IMG/VR virus record: IMGVR_UViG_3300020380_000001
Span: 242,501-306,500 of that record
Reading direction: 5' to 3' (one strand)
Length of the DNA stretch: 64,000 nt
Shown: piece by piece, positions 26,041-36,526 of the stretch
Numbering within the stretch: the stretch's first letter is position 1
How the letters are laid out: each line of letters begins with the position of its first letter
Made by a program: the position numbers and the translations under genes
Notes under the pieces: model-generated
What the model was told of the DNA's origin: nothing
Database searches by the model: none
Seen by the model: the letters and a program-made list of their open reading frames with translations, nothing else

Positions 26041-27177
26041 TTAAGCCAAACCAAGCATCGGTCCGTACTCAACAATGAATTTCGCAAAGTTCTTGTTTTG
26101 AGGCGGTACAATTTGTTCGCGGTTTGCGGCAGTCATGTACTTCGCTCTCCAGCGTCTGATCAGCGAGCTAACAGTAAAGAACGTCATCTCTGAAGTACAG
26201 AACTTTTCACAGAATTCGTACAAGTTGTCGAACATTACGCTCGTGTTAGCGTTGCCGATGCCCGTTTCCTTTTTGTCCTTGTCGTACTGCTCAATCATTT
26301 CAAGCACAGCACCGTAAGTCAAGCTGTAAAACGCTGATTGCTTTTCAATTTTCAAGTTTTTGTCGTAGTTGCCTTCAAGGATTTGTCGCGGAGTTGGTAG
26401 CGAGCTAATGTACTCCATGTGAACAACAAACTCGTTCGCAATACCGTCACCAACAGCACCGGCAACCATTAAGTCAAGTGTTTCGTTGTCAGCTTCACCT
26501 TTTTGTAGGATGTCGCTAACCACTTCCCATGAACGCGGTGTTGCAAAGCTGTACGACTCGTTTTTAAGCGCTTCGTCAAATGTGTTTAAGTGGCTCTTGC
26601 GGTGCATTAAGTAAGCAATAACCTCACGCGCCAAGCCGTTTTCAATTGCCCATTCCTGCCATTCTTCGAAGTTAACTTCAAGATTTACAAAGATAAAGCG
26701 GTTACGTAGCGGCATAGCCATGTCGAAAGTCGCGCCGCGATCTTCTGTTCTGTTACCCGCAGCAACAATATCAACGCCCGGTGGAAGTTCGTAGTCACCT
26801 AGCTTGCGATCAAGTACTAGCTGATAAGCTGCCGACTGTACAAGAGGCGGTGCAGTGTTAAGCTCGTCAAGGAAAATAATAGCGTTAGCTAGTTTTTCGT
26901 TAGTAGGAAGCGTTGACGGCTCTGCCCATTCCATCTTTTTAGTCTCTGGGTCAAAGTAAGGTACACCACGAATATCGGTGCTGTCAAACTGTGCTAGACG
27001 CATGTCAATTACTGGACGGCCTGAGCGGCTTGCAATTTGTGCAATAATTTGGGATTTACCTACACCAGGCTGTCCCATAATCATAATAGAACGCTTGATA
27101 CGGAATGCTGTTTCAACGCACTTAACAAGTGATTTCGGCGTTGCTTTGCGTGTGGTGTCTATACTATTCTCTGACAT
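26041..27177 (-). CDS. MoxR-like (AAA_5) ATPase
   Basis: GQPGVGKS, IDMRL.QFD.TDIRGVP, IIFLDELN.A...VQ.AAYQL.LDR, AAGNR..D, PL.NRF, ATPRSWE. Confidence 0.92.
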   Translation of the reverse strand: MSENSIDTTRKATPKSLVKCVETAFRIKRSIMIMGQPGVGKSQIIAQIASRSGRPVIDMRLAQFDSTDIRGVPYFDPETKKMEWAEPSTLPTNEKLANAIIFLDELNTAPPLVQSAAYQLVLDRKLGDYELPPGVDIVAAGNRTEDRGATFDMAMPLRNRFIFVNLEVNFEEWQEWAIENGLAREVIAYLMHRKSHLNTFDEALKNESYSFATPRSWEVVSDILQKGEADNETLDLMVAGAVGDGIANEFVVHMEYISSLPTPRQILEGNYDKNLKIEKQSAFYSLTYGAVLEMIEQYDKDKKETGIGNANTSVMFDNLYEFCEKFCTSEMTFFTVSSLIRRWRAKYMTAANREQIVPPQNKNFAKFIVEYGPMLGLA

Positions 27178-27219
27178 TTTCTAACCCTTTTTAATGTTGG
27201 TTTGTTTAAGACAGTACCT

Positions 27220-27247
27220 AGTATAGACATCCATATTTTTTTGTCAA
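27220..27247 (-). promoter_or_regulatory. sigma70-like promoter of the MoxR-like ATPase
   Basis: TTGACA-16 nt-TATACT with A-tract UP element. Confidence 0.65.
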
Positions 27248-27271
27248 CTAGTTTTTCTATTTTTTTAAAAA

Positions 27272-30200
27272 TTATTTTTTATCGACACTTCCGTCTATAT
27301 TGATTATGAACTGATCACCGTTAAACGGGTTGTCTATTTGTTTAAGTACGCCCAAGTCGCCAGGTATTGTTCTATCTGTTCTCAAGTCCCATGCTTCTGT
27401 ATCGAAGTTATAAACGTAAACCTGATCAGTTTGTACTACATATACAGTACCTTGATCAAAAGCACCTTCTAAATATATGTTAGACCAAGTACTGCTTCGC
27501 TGGCTGCGGTTCGCATATCCATAACTATGCGGCTCATTTCCTACCCATGCTAATTCTGGATATTGTTCAGTATCCACTTCTATTAGTGAGTTAGGATTAT
27601 CCTTAGGGTCACCGTTAGGATTGCCGCGCGTTGTTACCCACATACGTATAATAGGACCATCGCGTTCTATACGACAACGCCTTGCACTTGTGCGCCATTC
27701 GTTCACACCGTTATGTGTGGCAGTATAAGGCGCAGTAATAGTGAGTACCGCTTCTACCAAGTCATTTGGTCTAGCCGCATTCGAGCGAACATACACAAAA
27801 GCCCATCCTATATCATTAGTCATGCCATCATAGGTGTAGCCGTTTTGTGTATTATACGCAAGTAAAGAATGGTTAATTGAGCCTTCACGCTTAAAGGCAG
27901 CAATCATATCAATCTCATCGTCGTCGTTATCGTCAGAAGAAAGAGTAGCCTCAAAAGTCAAACTACTTGTTTTATCCGGGCTAACAAAGCCAGTCAAGTT
28001 AGGATGGTTCTCTGTGCCGATTATTTGCTCAAGTGCTGCGTCATAATAGTATGAATCAGCACCGTTATCCGCAGCGGTCCCGCCCGGATAGTAATAGCCG
28101 TTAGAGATACGGTCCCAATTGTTGAACACCTCAGCCGGCGTAGGCGCGTTATAGTCACGCATATATGTCTGAGCCTCAGACAGTGTTTCGAACATAAGCG
28201 CTTGTTGGATAGGTAGTACCGCTGCTGAAATTGTAACTATGCCTTCATGGTTAGTAGCCAACAACCTTTCTTCTAAGTTCGTTATAGCCACACGGAACTG
28301 TTCTTCTGTTTCAGTAACATTATCACGCAACACACGAACGGATATATTCTTAACGCTGTCACCTTCATTAAACGTTACTGACGCATTAGTCACATTGAAG
28401 TCCGGCTCAAGCACGGTGTTGTAGTTCTCAATCTCTGCTGTATTTGACAACCCAGCATGGCTGCCGGTTAACTGCTCTAGTCCGTCTATAATAGGATTGC
28501 CACCGTATGTTGCTCGATAGTTGTCAAAGTTAGTAGCAACAAGAGAGCGATGTACGCTACCCTTAAAGTTAGCATAAAACCTACGAGCAAGGTTATTGGC
28601 GTTGGCAACGTATCCGGACGATCCTGTGTCATTACCGTTAGACGTCACTATATACAGGCCTACTTTATCACGGCGCACTGCGCTTTCGATAGCATCACCT
28701 AGTAAACTAGATATATTTCCGGGGTAATCCTGCGATAAGCTACTAACGAAAATAATTGCGCCATAGTTAGATAGCGTTGTTGGATCCACTTCACTGATAT
28801 ATTTGGTGCTTATTATATACCCGGCTTCGTTTAACAAATTGCGCATGGCTTTGCCGTACGAGGTGCTCGTAGTGGTATCTTTCACACTCAGGGAGCTTTC
28901 GTTATCACCAAGTATAAGAACGTTAGATTTGCCAGTGCCGTATGTTAGGAAGTCCATTATATTCCTAAACATTTTATATTCAACCGTATTGTTTGACGGA
29001 CGGTCATCCCATGTACTGTTTCTGTACTTTTGAACAGACGGGTCAAACACAACTTTAATATCACTGAAGTCGCAGTACATTAAGCCCGTTCTTCCTGACG
29101 TATCGCTGAACGCTTCCTGTGGGCGCGACACTGTACTGTTAGCTCTAGCCGTTTCATCCACAGTAGAGTAATTAACAGTTATATTACGACCCTCGACAGG
29201 CTCGCTCGCAATTATCTGCAAGTCAACATCAATATACGCACTGTCTTCCGGCTCCGATACCGTAGCTGACGTGATACGGAACTTAGGATAGTTAACAAGG
29301 TTTCGTATTGTAAAGGTTGCATTGCCGTCAACCACTTCACCGGTGTCATTGTCTGTTACTTCTAAATTAATAGTTACTTCAGTATCATCCGGCACATCAA
29401 AAGTAGTAAGAAGCGCATTTAATAAATGCGGGGCTGAGATGCTGTAAAAACTATTGCCAGACACTTGGCTCCACTGGTAGCTAAAATTGCCGCTGCCGCC
29501 CGTAATAACTGGCACTAAGCCAAGTCCCGCGTCTTGTTGATTCTCGTCCACAGACATTGAGTTCATACGCAGAGCTAGGCGCTCACGTGTGTCAATTACG
29601 TTAATAGTTGATTCTGCCAGGTACTCTTCCCATGAATATAAATCAATGACGCGCACTTGCAACACAAGGGATTCGTTCTCGTAAAATACAGGGTTGGTAC
29701 CTGCGTTCAATACGGCTACAAGCTGGTCAGGATCTGTTATGGTAAGGTCCATGCCGGGTTCACTTGTGCTCAGTATGCGCCAAGCATAGTTAAACGCATT
29801 AGAGCCGCCTGTTACTGTAACCAAGTCTGCCAAGTTTAGCGACGAGCGGTGATCCATAGTAGCGCCATCCAACGTAACAGTGGCTTCTGAAACTTCGTAA
29901 CCGTCTTGCTCGTCTAAGTGAGTAACAACTGTATACTCTGGCTTAGAGTCAGTCATGTCAATATTGGCCACACTATACGAGTGGTCAACGTTTATTCTAA
30001 ACTCGCCGCCTATTGGCTGTGTTTCAGGGTCACTATGACATAATACCCTAAACGAAACAAAGTTAGCCTGAACTGCCGTCTGTAGCGCGTTCAGTTGTAT
30101 GCCTGGATCGCCCGGACCAAATTTGGCTTGGACTTCAATACGATTGGAAGTGCCCGCGTCATAATATCCGCTCGGCAGGCTATACTCATAAACAGTTTGG

Positions 30201-31057
30201 TACTCGTTAGTCAAGTCATAAAAGCCCAGAATATTTCCCGTACCCACACTGTTTTCAGAAGTCATGCCATACACTGTGAACTTAAGCGCACCGACATTGT
30301 CAACTAGTGTCTGCCACTTTGCATTTTCTGCGGGGTCGCCTGGCGGTGGTCCCTCAAGCGGATCAGTGTCATAATAACTAGGCGCGTCGTATGAATCAGG
30401 TTCAGTATAAGTAGGCGTTACAATAATACTTGAGCCGGCATTAAAGAAGTACCTAGCCAAGTTGTATTCATCCCAAACAGCTTCGAACTCAAATTCCAAG
30501 CTTTCTGACCATAGCTTTGTACGAGTACTTGAAGCGCCGAAGCCGTCAACCGTGGTTAGCAAATTACCGGGTTCCACAGTAAAGCGCTTCGCAGCAATGT
30601 TTTCCATAAGCGTAGTGAGCGGGGCGGCAGTGCGTTGATCATGGGCGTAAATCAGCTCGCCTTGTTGAATATCAGCAGGGAACGAATCTGTGATTGTTTG
30701 CCTTTCAGTTTCACCTAGATTAATGTGGTTAACTAGCTTGCGAATTATGCCCGCAAGGGTGCCCCACTCTTGCTGAAACTTGTACTTGTAATCAGCAGTA
30801 GAGCCTGTCGTTGTACCCGACACAAGGTCTGAAATATCACTTACTTTGCCCGAGCCGTCACTTGCATTTTCAGGGGCAATGACATCCGAACGACCGTAAC
30901 CAAAGCCGCCATCGTTTATGCCAGTTTCACCTAAGTGACGATCATTATATAGTTCATTAACAATAAACGCAAAGCCGTTATAGTCTTCAGCATCTATCGA
31001 TCCGCCTTCTACATAAGACGCCATTAATTCTAAAATGTTATTTTTTGTTGCTGCCAT
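27272..31057 (-). CDS. virion fibre/appendage protein (1261 aa): shared N-domain, 2 Ig/PKD-like repeats, split Calx-beta, lectin-like tip
   Basis: N-domain paralogous to neighbours (DYN..GFGYG..RYFFNAG); GGS..F.Y.W repeats; Calx-beta motifs VNYSTVDETA and TF.EGDSVK.I.V....D...E.EE.F. Confidence 0.8.
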   Translation of the reverse strand: MAATKNNILELMASYVEGGSIDAEDYNGFAFIVNELYNDRHLGETGINDGGFGYGRSDVIAPENASDGSGKVSDISDLVSGTTTGSTADYKYKFQQEWGTLAGIIRKLVNHINLGETERQTITDSFPADIQQGELIYAHDQRTAAPLTTLMENIAAKRFTVEPGNLLTTVDGFGASSTRTKLWSESLEFEFEAVWDEYNLARYFFNAGSSIIVTPTYTEPDSYDAPSYYDTDPLEGPPPGDPAENAKWQTLVDNVGALKFTVYGMTSENSVGTGNILGFYDLTNEYQTVYEYSLPSGYYDAGTSNRIEVQAKFGPGDPGIQLNALQTAVQANFVSFRVLCHSDPETQPIGGEFRINVDHSYSVANIDMTDSKPEYTVVTHLDEQDGYEVSEATVTLDGATMDHRSSLNLADLVTVTGGSNAFNYAWRILSTSEPGMDLTITDPDQLVAVLNAGTNPVFYENESLVLQVRVIDLYSWEEYLAESTINVIDTRERLALRMNSMSVDENQQDAGLGLVPVITGGSGNFSYQWSQVSGNSFYSISAPHLLNALLTTFDVPDDTEVTINLEVTDNDTGEVVDGNATFTIRNLVNYPKFRITSATVSEPEDSAYIDVDLQIIASEPVEGRNITVNYSTVDETARANSTVSRPQEAFSDTSGRTGLMYCDFSDIKVVFDPSVQKYRNSTWDDRPSNNTVEYKMFRNIMDFLTYGTGKSNVLILGDNESSLSVKDTTTSTSYGKAMRNLLNEAGYIISTKYISEVDPTTLSNYGAIIFVSSLSQDYPGNISSLLGDAIESAVRRDKVGLYIVTSNGNDTGSSGYVANANNLARRFYANFKGSVHRSLVATNFDNYRATYGGNPIIDGLEQLTGSHAGLSNTAEIENYNTVLEPDFNVTNASVTFNEGDSVKNISVRVLRDNVTETEEQFRVAITNLEERLLATNHEGIVTISAAVLPIQQALMFETLSEAQTYMRDYNAPTPAEVFNNWDRISNGYYYPGGTAADNGADSYYYDAALEQIIGTENHPNLTGFVSPDKTSSLTFEATLSSDDNDDDEIDMIAAFKREGSINHSLLAYNTQNGYTYDGMTNDIGWAFVYVRSNAARPNDLVEAVLTITAPYTATHNGVNEWRTSARRCRIERDGPIIRMWVTTRGNPNGDPKDNPNSLIEVDTEQYPELAWVGNEPHSYGYANRSQRSSTWSNIYLEGAFDQGTVYVVQTDQVYVYNFDTEAWDLRTDRTIPGDLGVLKQIDNPFNGDQFIINIDGSVDKK

Positions 31058-34000
31058 TATGACCTTTCACTTATTGTTCTTGTAGACACTGCTCGTATTT
31101 CATAATACTCAGTACCGCTTACTACCACAGCCAGGGTGTCTGCAACTGAATCCCATTCAATAAATATACCTGCGCTCGGCGCAGTGTGCGGGTTACCCTT
31201 AGACGACATTGTGTAGCCGTCGGGTGCTACCATGTAATATTTATTACCAGTGGCGTTCGCATTAGTGAGTACGTTAGTAAACAAGTCGCGGTAATTACTT
31301 GGCAAATAAAAGTAGCCGAATGTTAAAAACTCTGCATTCTCTAGTGTTGTGCCACCGTGCGAGTTTGTTCCTCTACATTGTGCCCATACACATATTTCTA
31401 TGTCATTTGTTGCGCTTGCTACTGATGCAGGCAAGTCGTACTCAACATTTACCTTATTCCAAGTATCAACCGATGTTGCTTGTAACAGTAAGGAAGAGTA
31501 GTCAACCGGCGCATAAGACCTTTCCATAACGCTAACAATATTAGGCAGTGGGGTGCCAGTATTATCCAACAGCTCACATAACCTAACCGTGCCATCAAAC
31601 GTAAGTACCAAACGATACGTAGGTGAGCACTCAATAACAGCGACATAATTGTCAGTGCTACGCACGTCATAAGTAGACATGCCGCTTGAACTGAATATAC
31701 TGTCGTCTAAAACAAAGTGATACTGAGTAGATAAAATATCAGTATTGCCCAGCGCACTTGTGTCAACTGTTACCATATATTCTTTGCCTGAGTCCCAATT
31801 AAATGAACTCACATTAGGCGCGACAACCTCTGTCCAAATTTGGTTGGTTGCTGTACCTGCAGGGGCTGTATTACCTGCATTATTGTAATAAACAGGCCTT
31901 TCGTTTAGTTCAAGTATTTGTGAGCCAGTACTAATGTCAGGAATAGTTTTAAATTTAGACCTGTTTGTCTTCCAATCAGTGTCAGTATCTCTATCAGTCG
32001 GACCCCTAAATATAGCCGATATACCAACTGACTGGCTACGTGACGATCCGCCTATTACTATCTCACTAGCAGGTGTTGCCGACGAATTAAACGGCTGTAA
32101 TACTTCATAAGCAGGGACTATTCTGTTCGAAACTAAACTTACCAAATCAGTATTTGATGCGCCTCTATCAGTTACACTTAATAAGGCATACTCGTGGATG
32201 CCGCCTCTAAACGTATTGTGGTTCACTGCGAAACCATCTTGCTCTTGATAAGGCTGTGCACGTTCAGTTTTTGGCTCAATCCAAATAGTAGCAGGATAGT
32301 CGCCATTGTCGATTGTGCTTAGGCCAGATCCACTGTAATAATTTACCCAACTAAAGTTAGCGTTTTCAATCGTTACCGTAGCACTGAAATTAGCTGTACG
32401 ATTGGCAGTGGTGTCAGAAACAGTCACATCAACAGTAATTGTCTGTGATACGCCAAGATCAGGAATCGTTAACGTTGGGTTAGCTGCGGCTGGATCATCA
32501 ATTGTAATGCCCTGGTTACTCGGATTAAACGACCAAGCGTAGGTGTAATCACCGGAGCCACCAGCTAAGTTATCAATTGACATCACGGTAGTGTCATCAT
32601 CATTGACAGTTTTGTCGTTTAGTGTACCGGTAATCTGTGGCCAATTGTAATTGACATCGAATATAATCTCATTACTTGCCTGCACAGTGCCTTCGTCGTC
32701 AGTTACTACTAATGTTAGTGTTTTAGTTTGCGGTGTGCTGTCACCATCGATAGCGCCAGTAAACGTTAAATCAGTCCCGGTAACATTTACGTCAGCCGGG
32801 GTAGTCCATGCGTACGAGTAAGGTGCGTAACCGCCGCTAATTGATATTAACGAACTCAAATTATACGTTGAATCATGTAACATTGTGAACGACGGTGATG
32901 CGTTACTGCCGTTACCTAACGTAACAGATAAAGGTGTTGTTTGATCACTAACGGTAATCTCGGATACAACTTGCTCTACTTCGCCGGTATTATCATCTGT
33001 TACGGTTACGCGTACAGGAAGCACAAAAGTATAGTCAACATAGTCAACATCAATTACCGGTGTGCTGCCAGAATCAGTCACGTTGTACACGTCAATAAAA
33101 CGGGCAGTGTTGCCTGCTGAATCAAGTACTGGCGTATTTTTATCATATGCCCAGCTTACACTGTAAGATCCGGAACCGCCAGTCACACCTAAATAATCAC
33201 CAAGTGTTATTGCTGATTTTTCAGTCATGCTGTTAGCAGTAAACACAACTTCAAGAGGCGGTACATTGTTGTTTATTGTTATTGTGCTTGACGCAGTAAC
33301 CACTTCACCAGATTCGCCTAAGTCAGTAACAGTGATTTGATAATCAACTGCCTGAGGCTCAGTGCCGCCGATATAATCACTGGTATAAACTGACCCAACA
33401 AGGTTACCGTATCCCGGCGTTAGAATTTCATACACCACGTCAAGCGGTCCGTTACCGCCTGAATATGATATAACAGTACTCAAGTCAACGCTCTGTGTCT
33501 CGTCAACTGAAACAGTACCCGCGCTCGCAGTAACAGGTGGCGTCAAATCATATACGTTCACAGTAGCAGTGTCAGTCACAGTTGTACCGTCACCCGTGTC
33601 AGTTACTTCAACAATAAGAGTAAACGCCTTATCGCCCACGGCTTCTGTAACTTGGATTTGCGGCGCTTCTATATCAGTGGCAGTTATGAAAGAGTACAGG
33701 GAGTCATTAACCGGGAAAACAGACCACTCATATGTGAAGGGTCCTATACCGCCGGTGCGGTTTAGTTTGCCGGCCAAGTCAAGTACCGCATTTTCATCAA
33801 CATCGTATGAGTCTTGATTTAAGCTCGCACTGAATGGCGCAGTCGTGTCTTTTACAAGTATGACGCCGTATGCTGTTACTTGTTCATTTAACACTGTATC
33901 AGTAACAGTAAGGGTCATTTGAACTGCGCGGTCACTGTTTACGTTGGCTGCTGTAATTTGCGCGTTAAGACTAGCACTGTCATCTATTGTCAGGAAACTA

Positions 34001-35370
34001 GCAGAGTAAGACCAGCTATACGCATATGAACCAGATCCGCCAGTTAAGGTAACAAGACTCCCCAAGTTATAACTTGTTTCTTCATCCAACGTTACATCAT
34101 CAACGGATAGTTCCATTTCCGGCGTAGTATCAGTCACCGATAGCGTAACAGTAAAATCATAAGTTTGGCGCGTTACAATATCATACACGTTGAGATTAAA
34201 GTCAACATCATATGCAAAATAATAACTGCCATTGTAAGTGGGCGTAAACAGAGCGCGTAACTTGTCGTCGTCTGTTAACGTATGACCGGCAGGGAGTTCA
34301 CTAGGCGGTGCTGGGATTGACCAAAGGAACTCAAAGTCGCCTGATCCACCAAGCACAGAAACCACAGTTGACATATCAACGTCAACATCATCTTCAGTTA
34401 TTGATAGTACTTGTTGTGACACTTGCACTGGTTGATATACTACCGCGTCTACTGAGTCTAGTCCAGTAACAATAACAGACGATGGCAGTAATGGCCTAAA
34501 TTCATCACTAGCATATACCAAGTCAATATTCACATACAACTCAGTGCCAACCGGGTTACCCGAAATGTCCAGGTACCTTACACGGATATAGATGTCTTTG
34601 TCAACTCTACGTAACTGAACACTAACAGAGTTACCATCCACATCTTCTAAACGATAGATTGTACTGAATGTACTGCTAAGTGAATAAAACCCAATGTTAT
34701 CGGCAGGCTGTTCACTATTAGACAATGTTGTGTTATTAAAGTCAACTACTATTTCAGGGAAATTAGGCAATAATGATTCCCAAGCTGCGTTGCTTGATGG
34801 GTTACCAGTACTGCCAGGCGCAAAGTCTGCGTTAATCTTTATCTTGCCACCAGTGTTAAAGAAGTAACGCATATCCTTATAACTATTAAACACTAATCGT
34901 GACTCGTGCTGGATCGCACTTTCCCAAAGTTCTGTTCTCGAAGATGCGCCATAAACGCCTCCAGAGCTGCTAGAAACTCTATTAACGGCAACGTTAAATC
35001 TATTGTCGCTAATTTGATCTAGGGCGTCTGTGATCTTCTTCGGGTCACTTACGAATGCACTAATAATGTCGTTAACTGCTGGATTACTGTCATCAGTCAA
35101 TACGTCATCAACTGAAATATCATCTTCCAACACTGTGCCTTGGTGTGCTGCGATACGGTTAATATTGTTGATTAACTCAACCCATTCACTAGCGGTTATA
35201 AGTTGCTCATCAAACTTAGTTGTAAAAGACTCAACTTTACCGTAACCGAAACCCGCAACGTTTACGCCGCTAGCAGTTCTACTCGCGACATCACCTATTA
35301 GCTTTTCTACAGTTTCCTGAAAGCCATTGAAGTGTTCGTTTTCAATTAAATTGTTTATATTATAACTCAT
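31057..35370 (-). CDS. virion fibre/appendage protein (1437 aa) with about 7 tandem Ig/PKD(SprB)-like repeats
   Basis: Shared N-domain (HFN..GFGYG..I.ASEW..HQGT..SRT..W..MRYFFNTGG); seven GG.G/AP.Y.Y.W repeats about 100 aa apart. Confidence 0.82.
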   Translation of the reverse strand: MSYNINNLIENEHFNGFQETVEKLIGDVASRTASGVNVAGFGYGKVESFTTKFDEQLITASEWVELINNINRIAAHQGTVLEDDISVDDVLTDDSNPAVNDIISAFVSDPKKITDALDQISDNRFNVAVNRVSSSSGGVYGASSRTELWESAIQHESRLVFNSYKDMRYFFNTGGKIKINADFAPGSTGNPSSNAAWESLLPNFPEIVVDFNNTTLSNSEQPADNIGFYSLSSTFSTIYRLEDVDGNSVSVQLRRVDKDIYIRVRYLDISGNPVGTELYVNIDLVYASDEFRPLLPSSVIVTGLDSVDAVVYQPVQVSQQVLSITEDDVDVDMSTVVSVLGGSGDFEFLWSIPAPPSELPAGHTLTDDDKLRALFTPTYNGSYYFAYDVDFNLNVYDIVTRQTYDFTVTLSVTDTTPEMELSVDDVTLDEETSYNLGSLVTLTGGSGSYAYSWSYSASFLTIDDSASLNAQITAANVNSDRAVQMTLTVTDTVLNEQVTAYGVILVKDTTAPFSASLNQDSYDVDENAVLDLAGKLNRTGGIGPFTYEWSVFPVNDSLYSFITATDIEAPQIQVTEAVGDKAFTLIVEVTDTGDGTTVTDTATVNVYDLTPPVTASAGTVSVDETQSVDLSTVISYSGGNGPLDVVYEILTPGYGNLVGSVYTSDYIGGTEPQAVDYQITVTDLGESGEVVTASSTITINNNVPPLEVVFTANSMTEKSAITLGDYLGVTGGSGSYSVSWAYDKNTPVLDSAGNTARFIDVYNVTDSGSTPVIDVDYVDYTFVLPVRVTVTDDNTGEVEQVVSEITVSDQTTPLSVTLGNGSNASPSFTMLHDSTYNLSSLISISGGYAPYSYAWTTPADVNVTGTDLTFTGAIDGDSTPQTKTLTLVVTDDEGTVQASNEIIFDVNYNWPQITGTLNDKTVNDDDTTVMSIDNLAGGSGDYTYAWSFNPSNQGITIDDPAAANPTLTIPDLGVSQTITVDVTVSDTTANRTANFSATVTIENANFSWVNYYSGSGLSTIDNGDYPATIWIEPKTERAQPYQEQDGFAVNHNTFRGGIHEYALLSVTDRGASNTDLVSLVSNRIVPAYEVLQPFNSSATPASEIVIGGSSRSQSVGISAIFRGPTDRDTDTDWKTNRSKFKTIPDISTGSQILELNERPVYYNNAGNTAPAGTATNQIWTEVVAPNVSSFNWDSGKEYMVTVDTSALGNTDILSTQYHFVLDDSIFSSSGMSTYDVRSTDNYVAVIECSPTYRLVLTFDGTVRLCELLDNTGTPLPNIVSVMERSYAPVDYSSLLLQATSVDTWNKVNVEYDLPASVASATNDIEICVWAQCRGTNSHGGTTLENAEFLTFGYFYLPSNYRDLFTNVLTNANATGNKYYMVAPDGYTMSSKGNPHTAPSAGIFIEWDSVADTLAVVVSGTEYYEIRAVSTRTISERS

Positions 35371-35380
35371 ATTCTACCTT

Positions 35381-36472
35381 TTAAGGTGGCGTAATAACGT
35401 CGGGTTCTGCCTCATCCAAAGCAGTCATAAGGTTTACAGTAGGGGTCGGCGACGGCGCGTTAGTGTCAACACTGGTTGTATGATCAACATACACTGTAAG
35501 CAAGCCGTCCGAGTACGTTTCTCCAGGCTCACTAATAAACTCAACCTTAAACTGAATCGTATACGCCGATGCAGGAATAGTGTTTAGGCGCGCATACACA
35601 CGCACAACATCCTGACCATTATCGTAGTCGCCTACTACCCTGTATATTTCACGCCAAGCTGTCACACCGCCTGCCATTATTCCGTAAAAGCCGGAACCCA
35701 GCGTTATTGTTCCAAAACTGTCGCCTAGTTCACGATAAACGCGGTCTGCACTTATTACAATACGCCCGATATCTTCTAAGCGTTCTTGCCAAATAGCATT
35801 GTACTCGTGGGTGTAAAAATAGTTCTGTTCGTACGGAGTGTCGTAATACACAGTGCCGTCTGGTGTTCCGCCAGACTTTTCAAACTCAAGTAGTATTTTA
35901 CTACCCGTGTTGAAGTAGTGACGCATTTCGTCAAAGTCGTTGAATGCGAACTCAAATTCCAGATTTATTTGATCAGTCCAAGGACGGGTTCTAGACTCAG
36001 TAAGCATGGTGCCACCAACCGTAGTAAACGACTTTGCAGGCGAAAGCTCAAAACGATTAGCCCTTACGTATTCCATCACAGCAATCATGCCTTGCTGGGC
36101 ATCATCATACGAGATGACATAATCACCTACGTTTACTACGTCAGGCATCTCGCTCACTGTGCCTTGGTGTTGCACGACTCTATCAATAGCAACTAGTAAT
36201 GAAGTCCACTCAGCTGCGCGAATAATTTCGTCAGTTTGCTTAATAGGAATAGTCACAGGAGATCCGTAGCCGAATCCGCCTTGTAGTATGCTAGAGTTGC
36301 CTTGGTTACTGTCGCCTATGACCTCGTTAATCTCAGACGCCAATAAGTTGAAGTCTTCTGCGCGAATGACCCCCTCTGGGTGATACGTTGTATCATAAGC
36401 AAAATTTTGATTAGGCGGTACATTTCTTTCGTCGCCTGGCACGTACGGTGTGCGCAATGAATCATCGGCCAT
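35381..36472 (-). CDS. virion structural protein (363 aa), shared N-domain only
   Basis: DFN..GFGYG..IIRAAEW..HQGT..SRT.PW..MRHYFNTG. Confidence 0.82.
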   Translation of the reverse strand: MADDSLRTPYVPGDERNVPPNQNFAYDTTYHPEGVIRAEDFNLLASEINEVIGDSNQGNSSILQGGFGYGSPVTIPIKQTDEIIRAAEWTSLLVAIDRVVQHQGTVSEMPDVVNVGDYVISYDDAQQGMIAVMEYVRANRFELSPAKSFTTVGGTMLTESRTRPWTDQINLEFEFAFNDFDEMRHYFNTGSKILLEFEKSGGTPDGTVYYDTPYEQNYFYTHEYNAIWQERLEDIGRIVISADRVYRELGDSFGTITLGSGFYGIMAGGVTAWREIYRVVGDYDNGQDVVRVYARLNTIPASAYTIQFKVEFISEPGETYSDGLLTVYVDHTTSVDTNAPSPTPTVNLMTALDEAEPDVITPP

Positions 36473-36502
36473 ATAGTCACTAAACCCTTTAATCTTTTCG
36501 TG

Positions 36503-36509
36503 TATTTAG
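36503..36509 (-). promoter_or_regulatory. late promoter motif CTAAATA
   Basis: 31 nt upstream of ATG 36472. Confidence 0.7.
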
Positions 36510-36526
36510 TGACTATCAGACCGATA

